64,000 nucleotides of DNA from Elainellaceae cyanobacterium. GTDB lineage: Bacteria > Cyanobacteriota > Cyanobacteriia > CAKZMO01. The notes beneath the pieces are model-generated. The model had not been told where the DNA came from. It did no database searches and saw only the letters and a list, made by a program, of their open reading frames with translations. The position numbers were made by a program, and so were the translations under genes. The DNA lies in NCBI GenBank assembly GCA_050331615.1, contig JBHJGR010000187.1, positions 1,827 through 65,826 on the forward strand. The letters are read 5' to 3'. Shown here piece by piece: positions 18,896-28,193 of the stretch. Position 1 is the stretch's first letter. Every line of letters begins with the position of its first letter.

Positions 18896-20332
18896 CTAAG
18901 CAGGACGGTTACGCTGGGCGATCGCCTTTTGATACCAGTCCCGCGATGGCCCGTGCCCCGGATTGAGATTGAGGGCCTGCTCAAAGGCGGCGACTGCGGC
19001 TTCGGCCTGATGGGTTTGCAGGAGAGCCTGGCCCAGAAAAAAGTGGGAATTGAACTCTCGTCCGTCCAGGGCGATCGCCTGCTGCAGGTGGTGGATAGCC
19101 TCCTGCCAGTGGCCGTGGGCGGTGAGGGTTTCCCCCAGCTTGCGGTGGAATTCAAAGGCAGTCGCATCTCGCTCGATGGCGGCGCGATAGGCGGCGAGGG
19201 CTGCCTCAGTTTGTCCCAGGCTAGCCAGAGCCTTACCCAGCTTGTAGTGCCACCAGGCCGGAGCATCATCGATTGCCAGCGCTGCCCGATAGGCAGCGAC
19301 CGCTTCACTCAGCCGATGCTGTCGGCAGAGAGTATCCCCCAAATTGTGGTGAGCCCAGGCCAAGTGGGGATTCAGGTCAATCGCCCGCTGGAAGTTGGCG
19401 ATCGCATCGTTATACCGTCCGTTGCGCAGCAAACCGTTACCCAGCCAGAGGTAGAGCCAGGCTTGATTAGGCTTCAGTTTGACCGCCCGCTGATAGTTGG
19501 CGATCGCCTGCTCCGTTTGTCCCTGTCGCAGCAACAAATCCCCCAGCTTGGCTAGGGTGTCGACTGAGTCAGGATTCAGCTCCAGTGCCCGCCGGTAGCA
19601 GTTGGCGGCCCGCTCCTCGTCCTCACAGGCGGCATAGGCCATACCCAGCCGATGGTGAAACCAGGGGATGTCGGGCTGCAGCTCCGTGGCGGTTTGGAAG
19701 GCGGCGATCGCGGACTGTAAGTCATCCCGCTGCAAATGGGCTTCCCCCAGCCGATGATAGGCCCAGGCTGCCTTTGGATTGAGGACCGTCGCCCGCTGCA
19801 GGCACTCGATGGCCGCGTCGATTTGCTGGTCTTCCAGCAGGGCTTCCCCTAGATTTTGATGAACGGTAGCAGCATTGGGCATGGAATCCAGGGCACGACG
19901 CAGGGTGGCGATCGCCTCCCGGTATTCCCCCTGCTGCTTCAGGGCACGGCCCAGCTCGTAGTGGGCTGCGGCCAAGTCAGGCTGCTGGTGGATGGCATGA
20001 CGCAAGTAGGCGATCGCAGACTGTGATTGCCCTTGCTGCAGATAGGCTAGCCCGCGCTGATAGGCTTCACTGGGCGGCATTGTCGCAGCAATGACGACTG
20101 CTAGGTCTTGAGAATCAGGCCGAGTGCCCGCATCATCGGCAGCCTTTAAATCAGGTGAATCGTCATTAGGTGAATCGTCCTGTAAATTCGCCTGAGGCGT
20201 CGGCGGCTGTTGTTGAAGGATCAGGGGCGTCGGGGTCACATTTTTGTCGCTGCCCGATTGGGGGGCCTGGAAATTCTGAGGCGACCGATTGGCGCTTCCA
20301 AGCAGTTGGCTAAGCCGTCTGAGTACCTTCAT
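18896..20332 (-). CDS. Tetratricopeptide-repeat protein.
   Basis: About 9 consecutive 34-residue TPR units (recurrent W/A-x-x-L-G..Y...A.......P.. pattern) after a Pro/Gln-rich low-complexity N-terminus. It lies 80 bp upstream of, and on the same strand as, the HTH protein gene. Confidence 0.8.
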   Translation of the reverse strand: MKVLRRLSQLLGSANRSPQNFQAPQSGSDKNVTPTPLILQQQPPTPQANLQDDSPNDDSPDLKAADDAGTRPDSQDLAVVIAATMPPSEAYQRGLAYLQQGQSQSAIAYLRHAIHQQPDLAAAHYELGRALKQQGEYREAIATLRRALDSMPNAATVHQNLGEALLEDQQIDAAIECLQRATVLNPKAAWAYHRLGEAHLQRDDLQSAIAAFQTATELQPDIPWFHHRLGMAYAACEDEERAANCYRRALELNPDSVDTLAKLGDLLLRQGQTEQAIANYQRAVKLKPNQAWLYLWLGNGLLRNGRYNDAIANFQRAIDLNPHLAWAHHNLGDTLCRQHRLSEAVAAYRAALAIDDAPAWWHYKLGKALASLGQTEAALAAYRAAIERDATAFEFHRKLGETLTAHGHWQEAIHHLQQAIALDGREFNSHFFLGQALLQTHQAEAAVAAFEQALNLNPGHGPSRDWYQKAIAQRNRPA

Positions 20333-20438
20333 CAGTTGCGTTGTTCGTTCATGGGATGTGCTGTGTTTAGCGTTCCCACTGATGACTCAAAATCATCGTC
20401 TGTGCTTCTTGAGTCTCCGTACTGGAGAAGAGCCTTAG

Positions 20439-21458
20439 CTAGGACCCGACACGCGGCAGAGAGCGCTGGAGCAGGTGGCGGGCCTCATAGTCCTGAATCG
20501 CGTCTACTAGGGAATCCCGCAGAGGGCGAAAGCTGAGGCCCAATTCCTTCACCGCTTTGGTGTTGTCAAACCGCAGGGGCGATCGCGCCAGTTTCACCCC
20601 CGTCAGCGGCGCACTGGGTGGCTGCTTGGTGATGTAATCGGCGATGAATTCCTGAACCGTGCTGACGGTGAGGGCGAGCCAGTAGGGAATCTGCCGGGTG
20701 GGCATGGGCAGGCCCGTAATCTCCTCCAGCATGGCCAGCAAATCGCGCAGCGGCAGGTCTACATGACCCAGGATATACCGTTCTCCTACCCGCCCCCGCT
20801 CCGCTGCTCGGATATGGCCGAGGGCCACGTCCCGGGCATCGATCAGGTTTAGGGTGCTGTTGAGGTAGGCCGGGTAGGTGCCGTTGAGGAAGCCCAGCAT
20901 CATGCGAGTGGGAGGGGTAATGCGGCGATCGCCCGGACCAATAGGGACCGTCGGGTTCACCACCACCACCGGCAGCCCCTGATGGGCAGCGGCAAAGGCT
21001 TCCTGCTCAGCGACGAACTTGCCCCGACAGTAGGCTCCGGCCATGTCTGCCAGGGTGAGCTGTACCGATTCGTCGGTTTTAGAAGGACCTGGTTGGCGGT
21101 GGGCGCTTTTGAGAATAGATTCTGTGGAGCAGTGAACCACCCGCTCCACACCAGCGGCGATCGCCTCAGTCATCACGGTGCCGGTACCGGTCTGATTGAC
21201 GGTAATAAACTCCTGCTTCCGGGGCGACCAGAGGCCGGCATTGGCGGCCAGATGAAACACCCAGTCCCTTTCCTGCATGGCGGCTTGCACAGTGGGGCGA
21301 TCGGTGATGGACCCCGTGACGTACTCCACCCCTGGCTGCCGCTGGGTCGGCGTCGCCAGATCGAGGATGCGCACCTCGTCCCCCCGCGCCAGCAGTTGGC
21401 GAACCAGATGCTGTCCAATAAACCCCAACCCCCCCGTAACCAGACACCGTTTGCCCAT
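20439..21458 (-). CDS. NAD-dependent epimerase/dehydratase family protein (SDR superfamily).
   Basis: N-terminal Rossmann motif VTGGLGFIGQHLV, YxxxK region (AYCRGK) and overall extended-SDR layout. Confidence 0.8.
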   Translation of the reverse strand: MGKRCLVTGGLGFIGQHLVRQLLARGDEVRILDLATPTQRQPGVEYVTGSITDRPTVQAAMQERDWVFHLAANAGLWSPRKQEFITVNQTGTGTVMTEAIAAGVERVVHCSTESILKSAHRQPGPSKTDESVQLTLADMAGAYCRGKFVAEQEAFAAAHQGLPVVVVNPTVPIGPGDRRITPPTRMMLGFLNGTYPAYLNSTLNLIDARDVALGHIRAAERGRVGERYILGHVDLPLRDLLAMLEEITGLPMPTRQIPYWLALTVSTVQEFIADYITKQPPSAPLTGVKLARSPLRFDNTKAVKELGLSFRPLRDSLVDAIQDYEARHLLQRSLPRVGS

Positions 21459-21488
21459 TGGCAGCGTTCCTGTCCTTAACTTATTTGC

Positions 21489-21932
21489 TCAAGCCTCATC
21501 CAGATTAGGCTGAATCCCCTGCTCATCCAGCCATGCCAAAACTCGCTGCCGCAGCCGGGCATCCCGGAACTCATGCCAGCGATCGCGCTCCGGCGTCCCC
21601 CGCAGAACGTCTTTAAAGCGGCGAAAGGCTCCCTTCCCCTGGATCGAGACCTCCAGACGGCCCCGCAGGCTCTCGTCCTCGACGGTATTGATAAATTCCT
21701 CCATGTCGGCATAGCCTCTGCGGGAGTCGGCAGATGGCACCTCCAGGTAGCGCGCTTTGAAGGCCGTTCGCTCATCGCTTGACGCACCGGCGGCGGGAAG
21801 CACATCCAGCGGCAAATCGGGGGTATCGATGAGGACTTCCCCCGTTTCCGTGTCTAGGTAATAGGTCAGCTCTGGCATGGCATTGCTAAAGGCCATCTGC
21901 AGTTCTTCCAGGTCAATCGTCAAAGTGCGCAT
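21489..21932 (-). CDS. Conserved hypothetical protein (acidic, ~147 aa).
   Basis: Clean ORF with good codon usage; no motif I can assign. Confidence 0.45.
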   Translation of the reverse strand: MRTLTIDLEELQMAFSNAMPELTYYLDTETGEVLIDTPDLPLDVLPAAGASSDERTAFKARYLEVPSADSRRGYADMEEFINTVEDESLRGRLEVSIQGKGAFRRFKDVLRGTPERDRWHEFRDARLRQRVLAWLDEQGIQPNLDEA

Positions 21933-22058
21933 AGGCGGTACGTCGTGGGTGCGTAGGTTGGAGGTTAGCGGACTACCTGAATATTGAACAATATAGGGCG
22001 ATCGCTTGCAGGGTCAACTGGGTCAAGGGGATAATCGCATTGCTTTACGGATTTCATC

Positions 22059-23216
22059 TTGAACCGTGGCGCTGCTGCTATGACTCCCTCTCCCCACGCC
22101 AATTCAGATCAACCATCTATGCCCCGTCTCCTCCATCCCCTGATGGGCTGTGACCTTGCCACGCTGCTGCAGGTGCTGGTCGCAAATGGGGGCGTTGCGC
22201 CCCACTGCTGGCCCCATGCTGGGCTGGCGATCGCCACCGCTCTGGCCCGATTGCCCTTCACGGCCCTGGAATCTCTCTGGGTGGCCCAGCAGCGCCGTCG
22301 GGCCGCCGACCTGCCGCCGCCCATTTTCATCGTGGGCCACTGGCGCAGCGGCACGACGTTTCTCTACGAAATTCTCTGCCAGTCTCCCCAGTTTGCCTAC
22401 ATATCGCCCTTCGCGACTGGACTGCCCTGGGAGTTTTTGTCCCTGGGACGGCTGCTGCGCCCCTGGCTGGAGCGGGCCTTGCCGAGCGATCGCTTCATCG
22501 ATGCCATGCAGGTTGCCCCCAACTCCCCCCAGGAGGACGAAATCGGTCTGGCCAACATGCAGCCCCTGTCTTTTTACCACGGATTATACTTCCCCACCCG
22601 CCTGCGGCAGAACTTCAATGCGGCAATCTTTTTTGATGGCTGTAATGATGCCGCAGTGACCCGCTGGCAGCGCACTGCTGCCCTATTCTTTGAAAAGCTC
22701 CAGTATGAGCAGCCAGGGAAGCAGCTACTCATTAAAAATCCTGTCTATACTGCACGGGTCGCCCTGTTGCGCCAAATGTATCCGGGGGCGAAGTTTATTC
22801 ACATCTACCGCAATCCATACCGGGTGTTTCAATCTACCCGCAACTTTTACGCCGCCCTGTTCAAGGAGCTGGCGCTGCAGCCGTTTGCCGCCGCTCCGGT
22901 GGATGAGCTGATCCTGGAAAGCTATCCGCGCATGATGACGGCCCTGCTGCAGGATACGCCGGATCTCCCCACCAACCAGTTCATCGAGCTGCGCTTCGAG
23001 ACATTTGAGGCTGATCCGCTGGCGGCGATCGCCCAAATCTATCATCAGCTTGAGCTAGAAGGGTTCGATACGGCCCGACCCAGCTTTACCGCCTACCTGG
23101 AAGCCAATAAGCGCTACCGCAAAAATCGCTACCAGTTTCCCCGGGCCGATAACGAGCGGGTGAGACAGCACTGGCAGGTCTTTTGCGATCGCTGGAACTA
23201 TGAGCCGCCGGGTTGA
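22059..23216 (+). CDS. Sulfotransferase family protein.
   Basis: PAPS 5'-phosphosulfate binding loop HWRSGTTFLYEIL (the PKxGTTW-like motif) and the later IYRNPYRVFQS region typical of sulfotransferases. Confidence 0.75.
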   Translation: MNRGAAAMTPSPHANSDQPSMPRLLHPLMGCDLATLLQVLVANGGVAPHCWPHAGLAIATALARLPFTALESLWVAQQRRRAADLPPPIFIVGHWRSGTTFLYEILCQSPQFAYISPFATGLPWEFLSLGRLLRPWLERALPSDRFIDAMQVAPNSPQEDEIGLANMQPLSFYHGLYFPTRLRQNFNAAIFFDGCNDAAVTRWQRTAALFFEKLQYEQPGKQLLIKNPVYTARVALLRQMYPGAKFIHIYRNPYRVFQSTRNFYAALFKELALQPFAAAPVDELILESYPRMMTALLQDTPDLPTNQFIELRFETFEADPLAAIAQIYHQLELEGFDTARPSFTAYLEANKRYRKNRYQFPRADNERVRQHWQVFCDRWNYEPPG

Positions 23217-23220
23217 GGAA

Positions 23221-23250
23221 TTTTGGATTTTGGGTTTTGGATTTTGGATT
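23221..23250. repeat. 4 x 8-bp tandem repeat TTTTGGAT between convergent genes.
   Basis: Read directly: TTTTGGATTTTGGGTTTTGGATTTTGGATT. Confidence 0.6.
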
Positions 23251-24396
23251 CTACCGCTCTACGATGAAGGGGGAGTCGACTGGATCGACCTGGTTCTGCT
23301 GGGCTAGGGCCTGGTAGATCATGGCGGCGGCTTCGGCTCGGGTGGTGGGCTGGTTGGGGTTGAGCTGGTCGGCATTGGGATGGTTGACCACCAGCCCGGC
23401 GTCGGTTGCTGCCGCGATGCGGGGGGCGGCCCAGTCGGCAACCTGGTCGCGATCGCCATACGCCTCCAGCAAACTGGCCGTCTCAGTCGCTAGCAGCAGG
23501 TCGAGACCGCTGACCAGGGATACCAGCACTTCGGCCTTCGACACCTGCTGGTCGGGCTGGAAGTCGTTCCCCGGATAGCCGCTCATGAAGCCTGCCTGGG
23601 TAACCTGGGCGATCGCCTCGGCTGCCCAATAGTCGGACGCAACATCAGTGTAGGATGCTGGGTCGGTCGCCGCCTCTAGATCAAACGACTGATTCAGCAG
23701 GCTCGCAAATTCGGCGCGGGTGATGGGCTGGTCGGGCTGGAAGTTGCCGTCGCCAAACCCGCTAATCACCTCAGCCTGGCTCAGTCCTGCAATGAAGGGA
23801 AACGCCCAGTAGTCGGACGCAACATCGGTAAACTCTGCGGGCGCGCTGGCATCGGTCGCTGCCGGATCTGCCGGTGGCGGGTCTTCAACGGCGGCTGTTT
23901 CTGAGGGGGGCGCTTCGGCAACGGGTTCCTCCGCCACAGACGGCTCCAGGTCTTCCTCTGCCAGTTCCGCCGCTACCGGAGGCGCGACCAGGGCTGCTCC
24001 GCCAATCGCCCCGGCTGGCAGCGATGCATCAGATGCATCAACAGGCAGGGACTGGATTACCCTGGGGGATGCTTCTAGCTCTTCCTCGTCCACCCGTTCC
24101 CTCACTGGCGCGTCTGTCTCTACGATAGGGGTGCGACCAAACGGGAGTCGAGCGGTTCTGGTCGACGGGTCAGTTTCTGCTGCTTCCAGATCGAATTCAT
24201 CAGACCTGTCTAGCTCACCAATGGCTCCTGTTTCAAAGGGTAAATCCAGGTCGTCTAAGGTCGAAGGGCGATCGCCCCGCTCTATGCCCCAGTAGAGGAT
24301 GGAGCCAATGACGGCAAAGGCCACCACGCTGGCGATCAGTTCGTCGTTACGCTCGTCGCGGGGCGGGCGAGGCTCGGGGGATGGGAGGTTGGTCAT
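23251..24396 (-). CDS. S-layer homology (SLH) domain cell-envelope protein.
   Basis: N-terminal TM/signal region, a long acidic/Pro-Ala-rich linker, then three SLH repeats (FTDVASDYWAFPFIAGLSQAEVISGF, YTDVASDYWAAEAIAQVTQAGFMSGY, and a third partial SLH repeat). Confidence 0.8.
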   Translation of the reverse strand: MTNLPSPEPRPPRDERNDELIASVVAFAVIGSILYWGIERGDRPSTLDDLDLPFETGAIGELDRSDEFDLEAAETDPSTRTARLPFGRTPIVETDAPVRERVDEEELEASPRVIQSLPVDASDASLPAGAIGGAALVAPPVAAELAEEDLEPSVAEEPVAEAPPSETAAVEDPPPADPAATDASAPAEFTDVASDYWAFPFIAGLSQAEVISGFGDGNFQPDQPITRAEFASLLNQSFDLEAATDPASYTDVASDYWAAEAIAQVTQAGFMSGYPGNDFQPDQQVSKAEVLVSLVSGLDLLLATETASLLEAYGDRDQVADWAAPRIAAATDAGLVVNHPNADQLNPNQPTTRAEAAAMIYQALAQQNQVDPVDSPFIVER

Positions 24397-24593
24397 TAAT
24401 CTCAGTTGGGTTTGAATGGGGCAAAGTCAGAGTAGGCGCACAGGCTTTCACCCGATTATCCTACCGGGGATGGGGAAGCGGTGGGAACCATCCGTCAAAA
24501 ATCTACCTGGGGAGGTGGTTCCCGAGCGTTTGTCGCTCCCGAGTTTGCCTACAATCGAGGAAAACCTTCGGGATATTACCCCCATCACCACCC

Positions 24594-25457
24594 ATGCTGA
24601 CCCCCCAATGGACCCACGAATTCTTTCCAACCAACGGCATTACGCTCCACTGCGTCACCCAGGGCCAGGGCGATCTGATGCTTATGCTCCACGGCTTCCC
24701 GGAGTGCTGGTATTCATGGCGGCATCAGATTCCCGAATTTGCCCAGCAGTATCGAGTAATGGCTCCTGATCTGCGGGGCTACAACGAGAGCGACAAGCCC
24801 CAGGGCGTGGCAGCTTACCAGATGTCTGAGCTGGTGAAAGACGTGGAGGGACTGGTGCATCGGGCAGGCTACGATCGCTGCATTCTCGTAGGGCATGACT
24901 GGGGCGGGGCGATCGCCTGGTACGTAGCAGACGCCTGCCCAGACCTGGTGGAGCGACTGATTGTGATGAACCTCCCCCACCCCGCCAAATTCGCCGCCGG
25001 GCTGCGATCCCCCCAGCAGCTTTTGCGGAGCTGGTATATGTTTTTCTTCCAAATTCCCTGGCTGCCGGAATGGCTGATTTCGCTGAACGATTATGAGGCG
25101 ATCGCCAGCGCCTTCCTCGACATGGCTGTAGACAAATCTGCCTTTTCCCCTGCCGATATTGAGTTCTACAAGGATGTGGCTGCCAAACGGGGCGGGCTCA
25201 CGGCGATGCTTAACTATTACCGCAATTTGATTCAGCAACCCTCCCAGTTCCTTAACCGGCAGTGGCGCGTCATCGACATCCCGACGCTGCTGATCTGGGG
25301 CGAAAACGATGCGGCTCTGGGCATCGAGCTGACCTACGGCACCGACCAGTACGTCAGCAATCTGGACATCTGCTACATTCCCCACTGCAGCCACTGGGTG
25401 CAGCAGGAGCAACCCCAGCAGGTGAACCAGGCGATGTGGGACTTCCTGAAGTCCTGA
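24594..25457 (+). CDS. Alpha/beta hydrolase, epoxide-hydrolase-like.
   Basis: HGFPECWYSWRHQ (the HGxP oxyanion motif), nucleophile elbow VGHDWGG, and a C-terminal catalytic His (IPHCSHW). The track ORF starts at 24381 but the ATG at 24594 (MLTPQW) fits the family length. Confidence 0.8.
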   Translation: MLTPQWTHEFFPTNGITLHCVTQGQGDLMLMLHGFPECWYSWRHQIPEFAQQYRVMAPDLRGYNESDKPQGVAAYQMSELVKDVEGLVHRAGYDRCILVGHDWGGAIAWYVADACPDLVERLIVMNLPHPAKFAAGLRSPQQLLRSWYMFFFQIPWLPEWLISLNDYEAIASAFLDMAVDKSAFSPADIEFYKDVAAKRGGLTAMLNYYRNLIQQPSQFLNRQWRVIDIPTLLIWGENDAALGIELTYGTDQYVSNLDICYIPHCSHWVQQEQPQQVNQAMWDFLKS

Positions 25458-25630
25458 GGTAAGAAGTTGAGCAAAATTACTCGGTTGGGGGCGCATCCCC
25501 AAGCAAATACAATTAAAGTTGCCCAATCACTTAGATCAAAAATCCTGCCTCAGGATATTTGACGCAGCCAGCGGCGGAAGTCGTATGGTATACAAACAAT
25601 ATTCGCAACCCTTGCGGAGGGCAACCACGT

Positions 25631-25813
25631 ATGGCTGAAAACGGGATGCAAGTCTGCCCGGTTTGTGGCGTCAAAATTATTCCAATGATTGGGGGCGATC
25701 GCGTCCTATTCGCTGCCGGACCGCCTGGAACCCGCTCCACCCTTTGGGTCAAGGTCTGCCAATACGCCAAAAAGCCGGGCTGCATCAACTCTAGCCCCAC
25801 TTCCTCTGGCTGA
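25631..25813 (+). CDS. Possible small zinc-ribbon protein (about 60 aa).
   Basis: CPVCG ... CQYAKKPGC gives two Cys pairs spaced like a zinc ribbon. It is in-frame within track ORF 25559..25813. Weak. Confidence 0.3.
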   Translation: MAENGMQVCPVCGVKIIPMIGGDRVLFAAGPPGTRSTLWVKVCQYAKKPGCINSSPTSSG

Positions 25814-25977
25814 CGTTTAGGGGGCTACCGCAAGATAACCAGATTATAATAAAGCAGAGCGGCACGCTTCTGCGACGATAGTGCCTGCCCCAATTCTCCT
25901 AAGTGATTTAATTAACCTACCTCAACTCGCATCAGCCGATTAAATGGCGATCGCCCAGGGTAGGTCCACCGCAACCC

Positions 25978-26817
25978 GTGATGCAAGAACCTACATTAGT
26001 TCCTACCTCCGACTCGGAGGCCCAACTCTACTCCCCCAGTGCCACCAGCAGTCTGAGAGGAATCGCCGTTTTTCTGGGCGAGCGTCTGAACCTGCGCCTC
26101 TTTAAAAATACCGACAGTTTAGCCGTCGATCCCCTGGTGGTAAGGGCAGGGACCCAGGGCTATGCGGTGCTGTTTCCTTACGGCGCTGCCGTTCTATTTG
26201 GCCTAGAGCCAGTCGAAGAGGCGGCGTTCTTAACCCAGCTCGAACCGCTGATTGAGGAAGAATTTAAGTCCAAAGAGACGGAGGAGGTCGAGCTACGCTT
26301 CGACCAGACGGGCACGGGCCGCATTGAGAATGGCCGCATTTGGTTACAGAGTTTTACCATCGAGATCCTGCAGCTTGTTGCCGATGTGCTGGCCAAGAGC
26401 ATCGTTTTGGCCCATTATGAAAACGGCACTGCCCGCATCTTTGAGCAGATTGAGCCCTTCGCCGATAGTCTGCAGCACAGCCCCAAGAGCGAGCGGTGGG
26501 GCAAGGTCTTGCTGAAGCAGCTAGGGCAGAATCTCTCGATTCAGCACAAGATCGTCGGTCGGGTAGAAATCATCGATAAGCCAGAGCTACTTTGGGACGC
26601 TCCGGCTCTAGAACGAGTTTACTTGAGGTTAGAAGACGAGTACGAGATCCGCGAGCGGCATTTAGCCCTAGAGCGCAAGCTAGAGCTGATTTCTCGGACA
26701 GCAGAAACCGTTCTAGAGCTGATGCAGCACAACAGCAGCCTGCGCGTGGAGTGGTACATCGTTGCCCTGATCGTCATTGAGATTTTGCTCTCGCTCTACG
26801 ACCTGTTTATCGCCTAG
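25978..26817 (+). CDS. RMD1/DUF155 family protein with C-terminal TM helix.
   Basis: Layout and the conserved central region (...AVLFPYGAAVLFGL...) resemble the RMD1/sporulation-protein DUF155 family. The C-terminal hydrophobic helix WYIVALIVIEILLSLYDLFIA is typical. Moderate. Confidence 0.55.
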   Translation: MMQEPTLVPTSDSEAQLYSPSATSSLRGIAVFLGERLNLRLFKNTDSLAVDPLVVRAGTQGYAVLFPYGAAVLFGLEPVEEAAFLTQLEPLIEEEFKSKETEEVELRFDQTGTGRIENGRIWLQSFTIEILQLVADVLAKSIVLAHYENGTARIFEQIEPFADSLQHSPKSERWGKVLLKQLGQNLSIQHKIVGRVEIIDKPELLWDAPALERVYLRLEDEYEIRERHLALERKLELISRTAETVLELMQHNSSLRVEWYIVALIVIEILLSLYDLFIA

Positions 26818-26822
26818 ATGCT

Positions 26823-27167
26823 CTAGGAGGCGTGCAGCACTCGATACTGATGATCGGAGGGTTTGGCCTGGTACTTCACCAAATCTGCCAGTTCCTGGAG
26901 CTGACTAATGGCTTCCGCACCCTCCAGCTTCATGAGCTCGCGATCGTCGCGCATCTCCGTCCAGGTGATGCCGTAGTCAGACACCAGGAAGCGAATGAGA
27001 TGATCGTCCCGCAGGCTGACCATGAAGGATGCGCTGTTCATCCGGCCACCGCAGGTGTAGCAAGATGCCAGGTAGCCGCGCCGCTCGAGAACGATGGCAA
27101 GGGCCTGGAGATCCATGACCAGATCTTGGACGAATTGGCGATGCTGCTCTGCAAGTCTTAGAAACAT
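26823..27167 (-). CDS. Hypothetical protein (114 aa).
   Basis: ORF with plausible codon usage, followed upstream by a ~700-bp AT-rich non-coding region. Confidence 0.45.
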   Translation of the reverse strand: MFLRLAEQHRQFVQDLVMDLQALAIVLERRGYLASCYTCGGRMNSASFMVSLRDDHLIRFLVSDYGITWTEMRDDRELMKLEGAEAISQLQELADLVKYQAKPSDHQYRVLHAS

Positions 27168-27873
27168 GCTTAACCTCCTGTCACCACACTATTGTAGACG
27201 TTTTTAAGCATTTCTTAACATTTTTTCTGGCCTGCTGGGGTGCGTAGCCCAATTCGCCCGTTGAATGGTAGTTGCCATGAGAGAATAGTAGGCACAGCGC
27301 TTGATATAGATTGTTCACTACGTACGCTATAGACTCAAGGCCCTAGATCAGCCGGAGGATCATCGGTACGATAGAAGCGTTAGCAGGGGAGCGGCGTGTG
27401 CCAGAATCGCCAGACAGCACTGAGCGCAGTTCAGCAGTAGCTTCGGCTCGGTGGATGCTTCGCCATTCAGGCGATCGCTCACTGGCAAGAAGCTAAAGAT
27501 TTAATAACGGCTCTCATTTCTAGCCTAACCCTTCTGTCGGCAATTGCCTATGCTTGACCAATAGCGAACGCTTATAGCTAATGTGAGAAGCTCATAACTT
27601 AAACAGGCAACCTTAATAAGGGCGAATTTTTGGACCGGCACTACAAACTTACCTAACAACCCCGGTAGGGGTTGAATCCCAAAGACCCGTGCGAGTTTTC
27701 AGACGGGTACTCAGTAATGTGACTAGTTCTGCATAGCGACATCTAACCTTACTCAACTGTCAACTGAAGAAACATCCTCTTCTAGGAAGTTTCTTCAGCT
27801 ACGCCGGGACCATTTCCGAATCGATTCGGTAAGTTAAGCCCAGTCTTCACAAAAGGACCCAGCAGGCCGAGTG

Positions 27874-28173
27874 CTAGGGTTGGGTCAGCTTCCACCACCC
27901 CAGGGCTGGTCCCAAAAACCGTACAGTCACCCAGCATAGAATCAGCAGGCCGATGCCAATCCAGGAACCCCGGCTGGTCCAGGCAACGAACTGACGGGCC
28001 TGGCTTTTCTTGATGGGCAGCCAGGGCAAGATGGTTTCTTCCTGACCATACTGCTCACCCAGGGCCTCTTTCCGTCGCTTTGCATCACCCATCTTCAGTC
28101 CTCCATGCTTCTGCGTTTGTTGAACTAGCGATCGCCCCCACCCTGACCGAATGGGAGTCCTGGTCTCGATCAT
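27874..28173 (-). CDS. Small membrane protein, likely co-transcribed with the GHL10 gene.
   Basis: One C-terminal TM helix (WIGIGLLILCWVTVRFLGPALGWW). The ATG at MGDAKRRK is a plausible alternative start. Confidence 0.4.
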   Translation of the reverse strand: MIETRTPIRSGWGRSLVQQTQKHGGLKMGDAKRRKEALGEQYGQEETILPWLPIKKSQARQFVAWTSRGSWIGIGLLILCWVTVRFLGPALGWWKLTQP

Positions 28174-28193
28174 AGCGTGTCTTCAATACCGCT

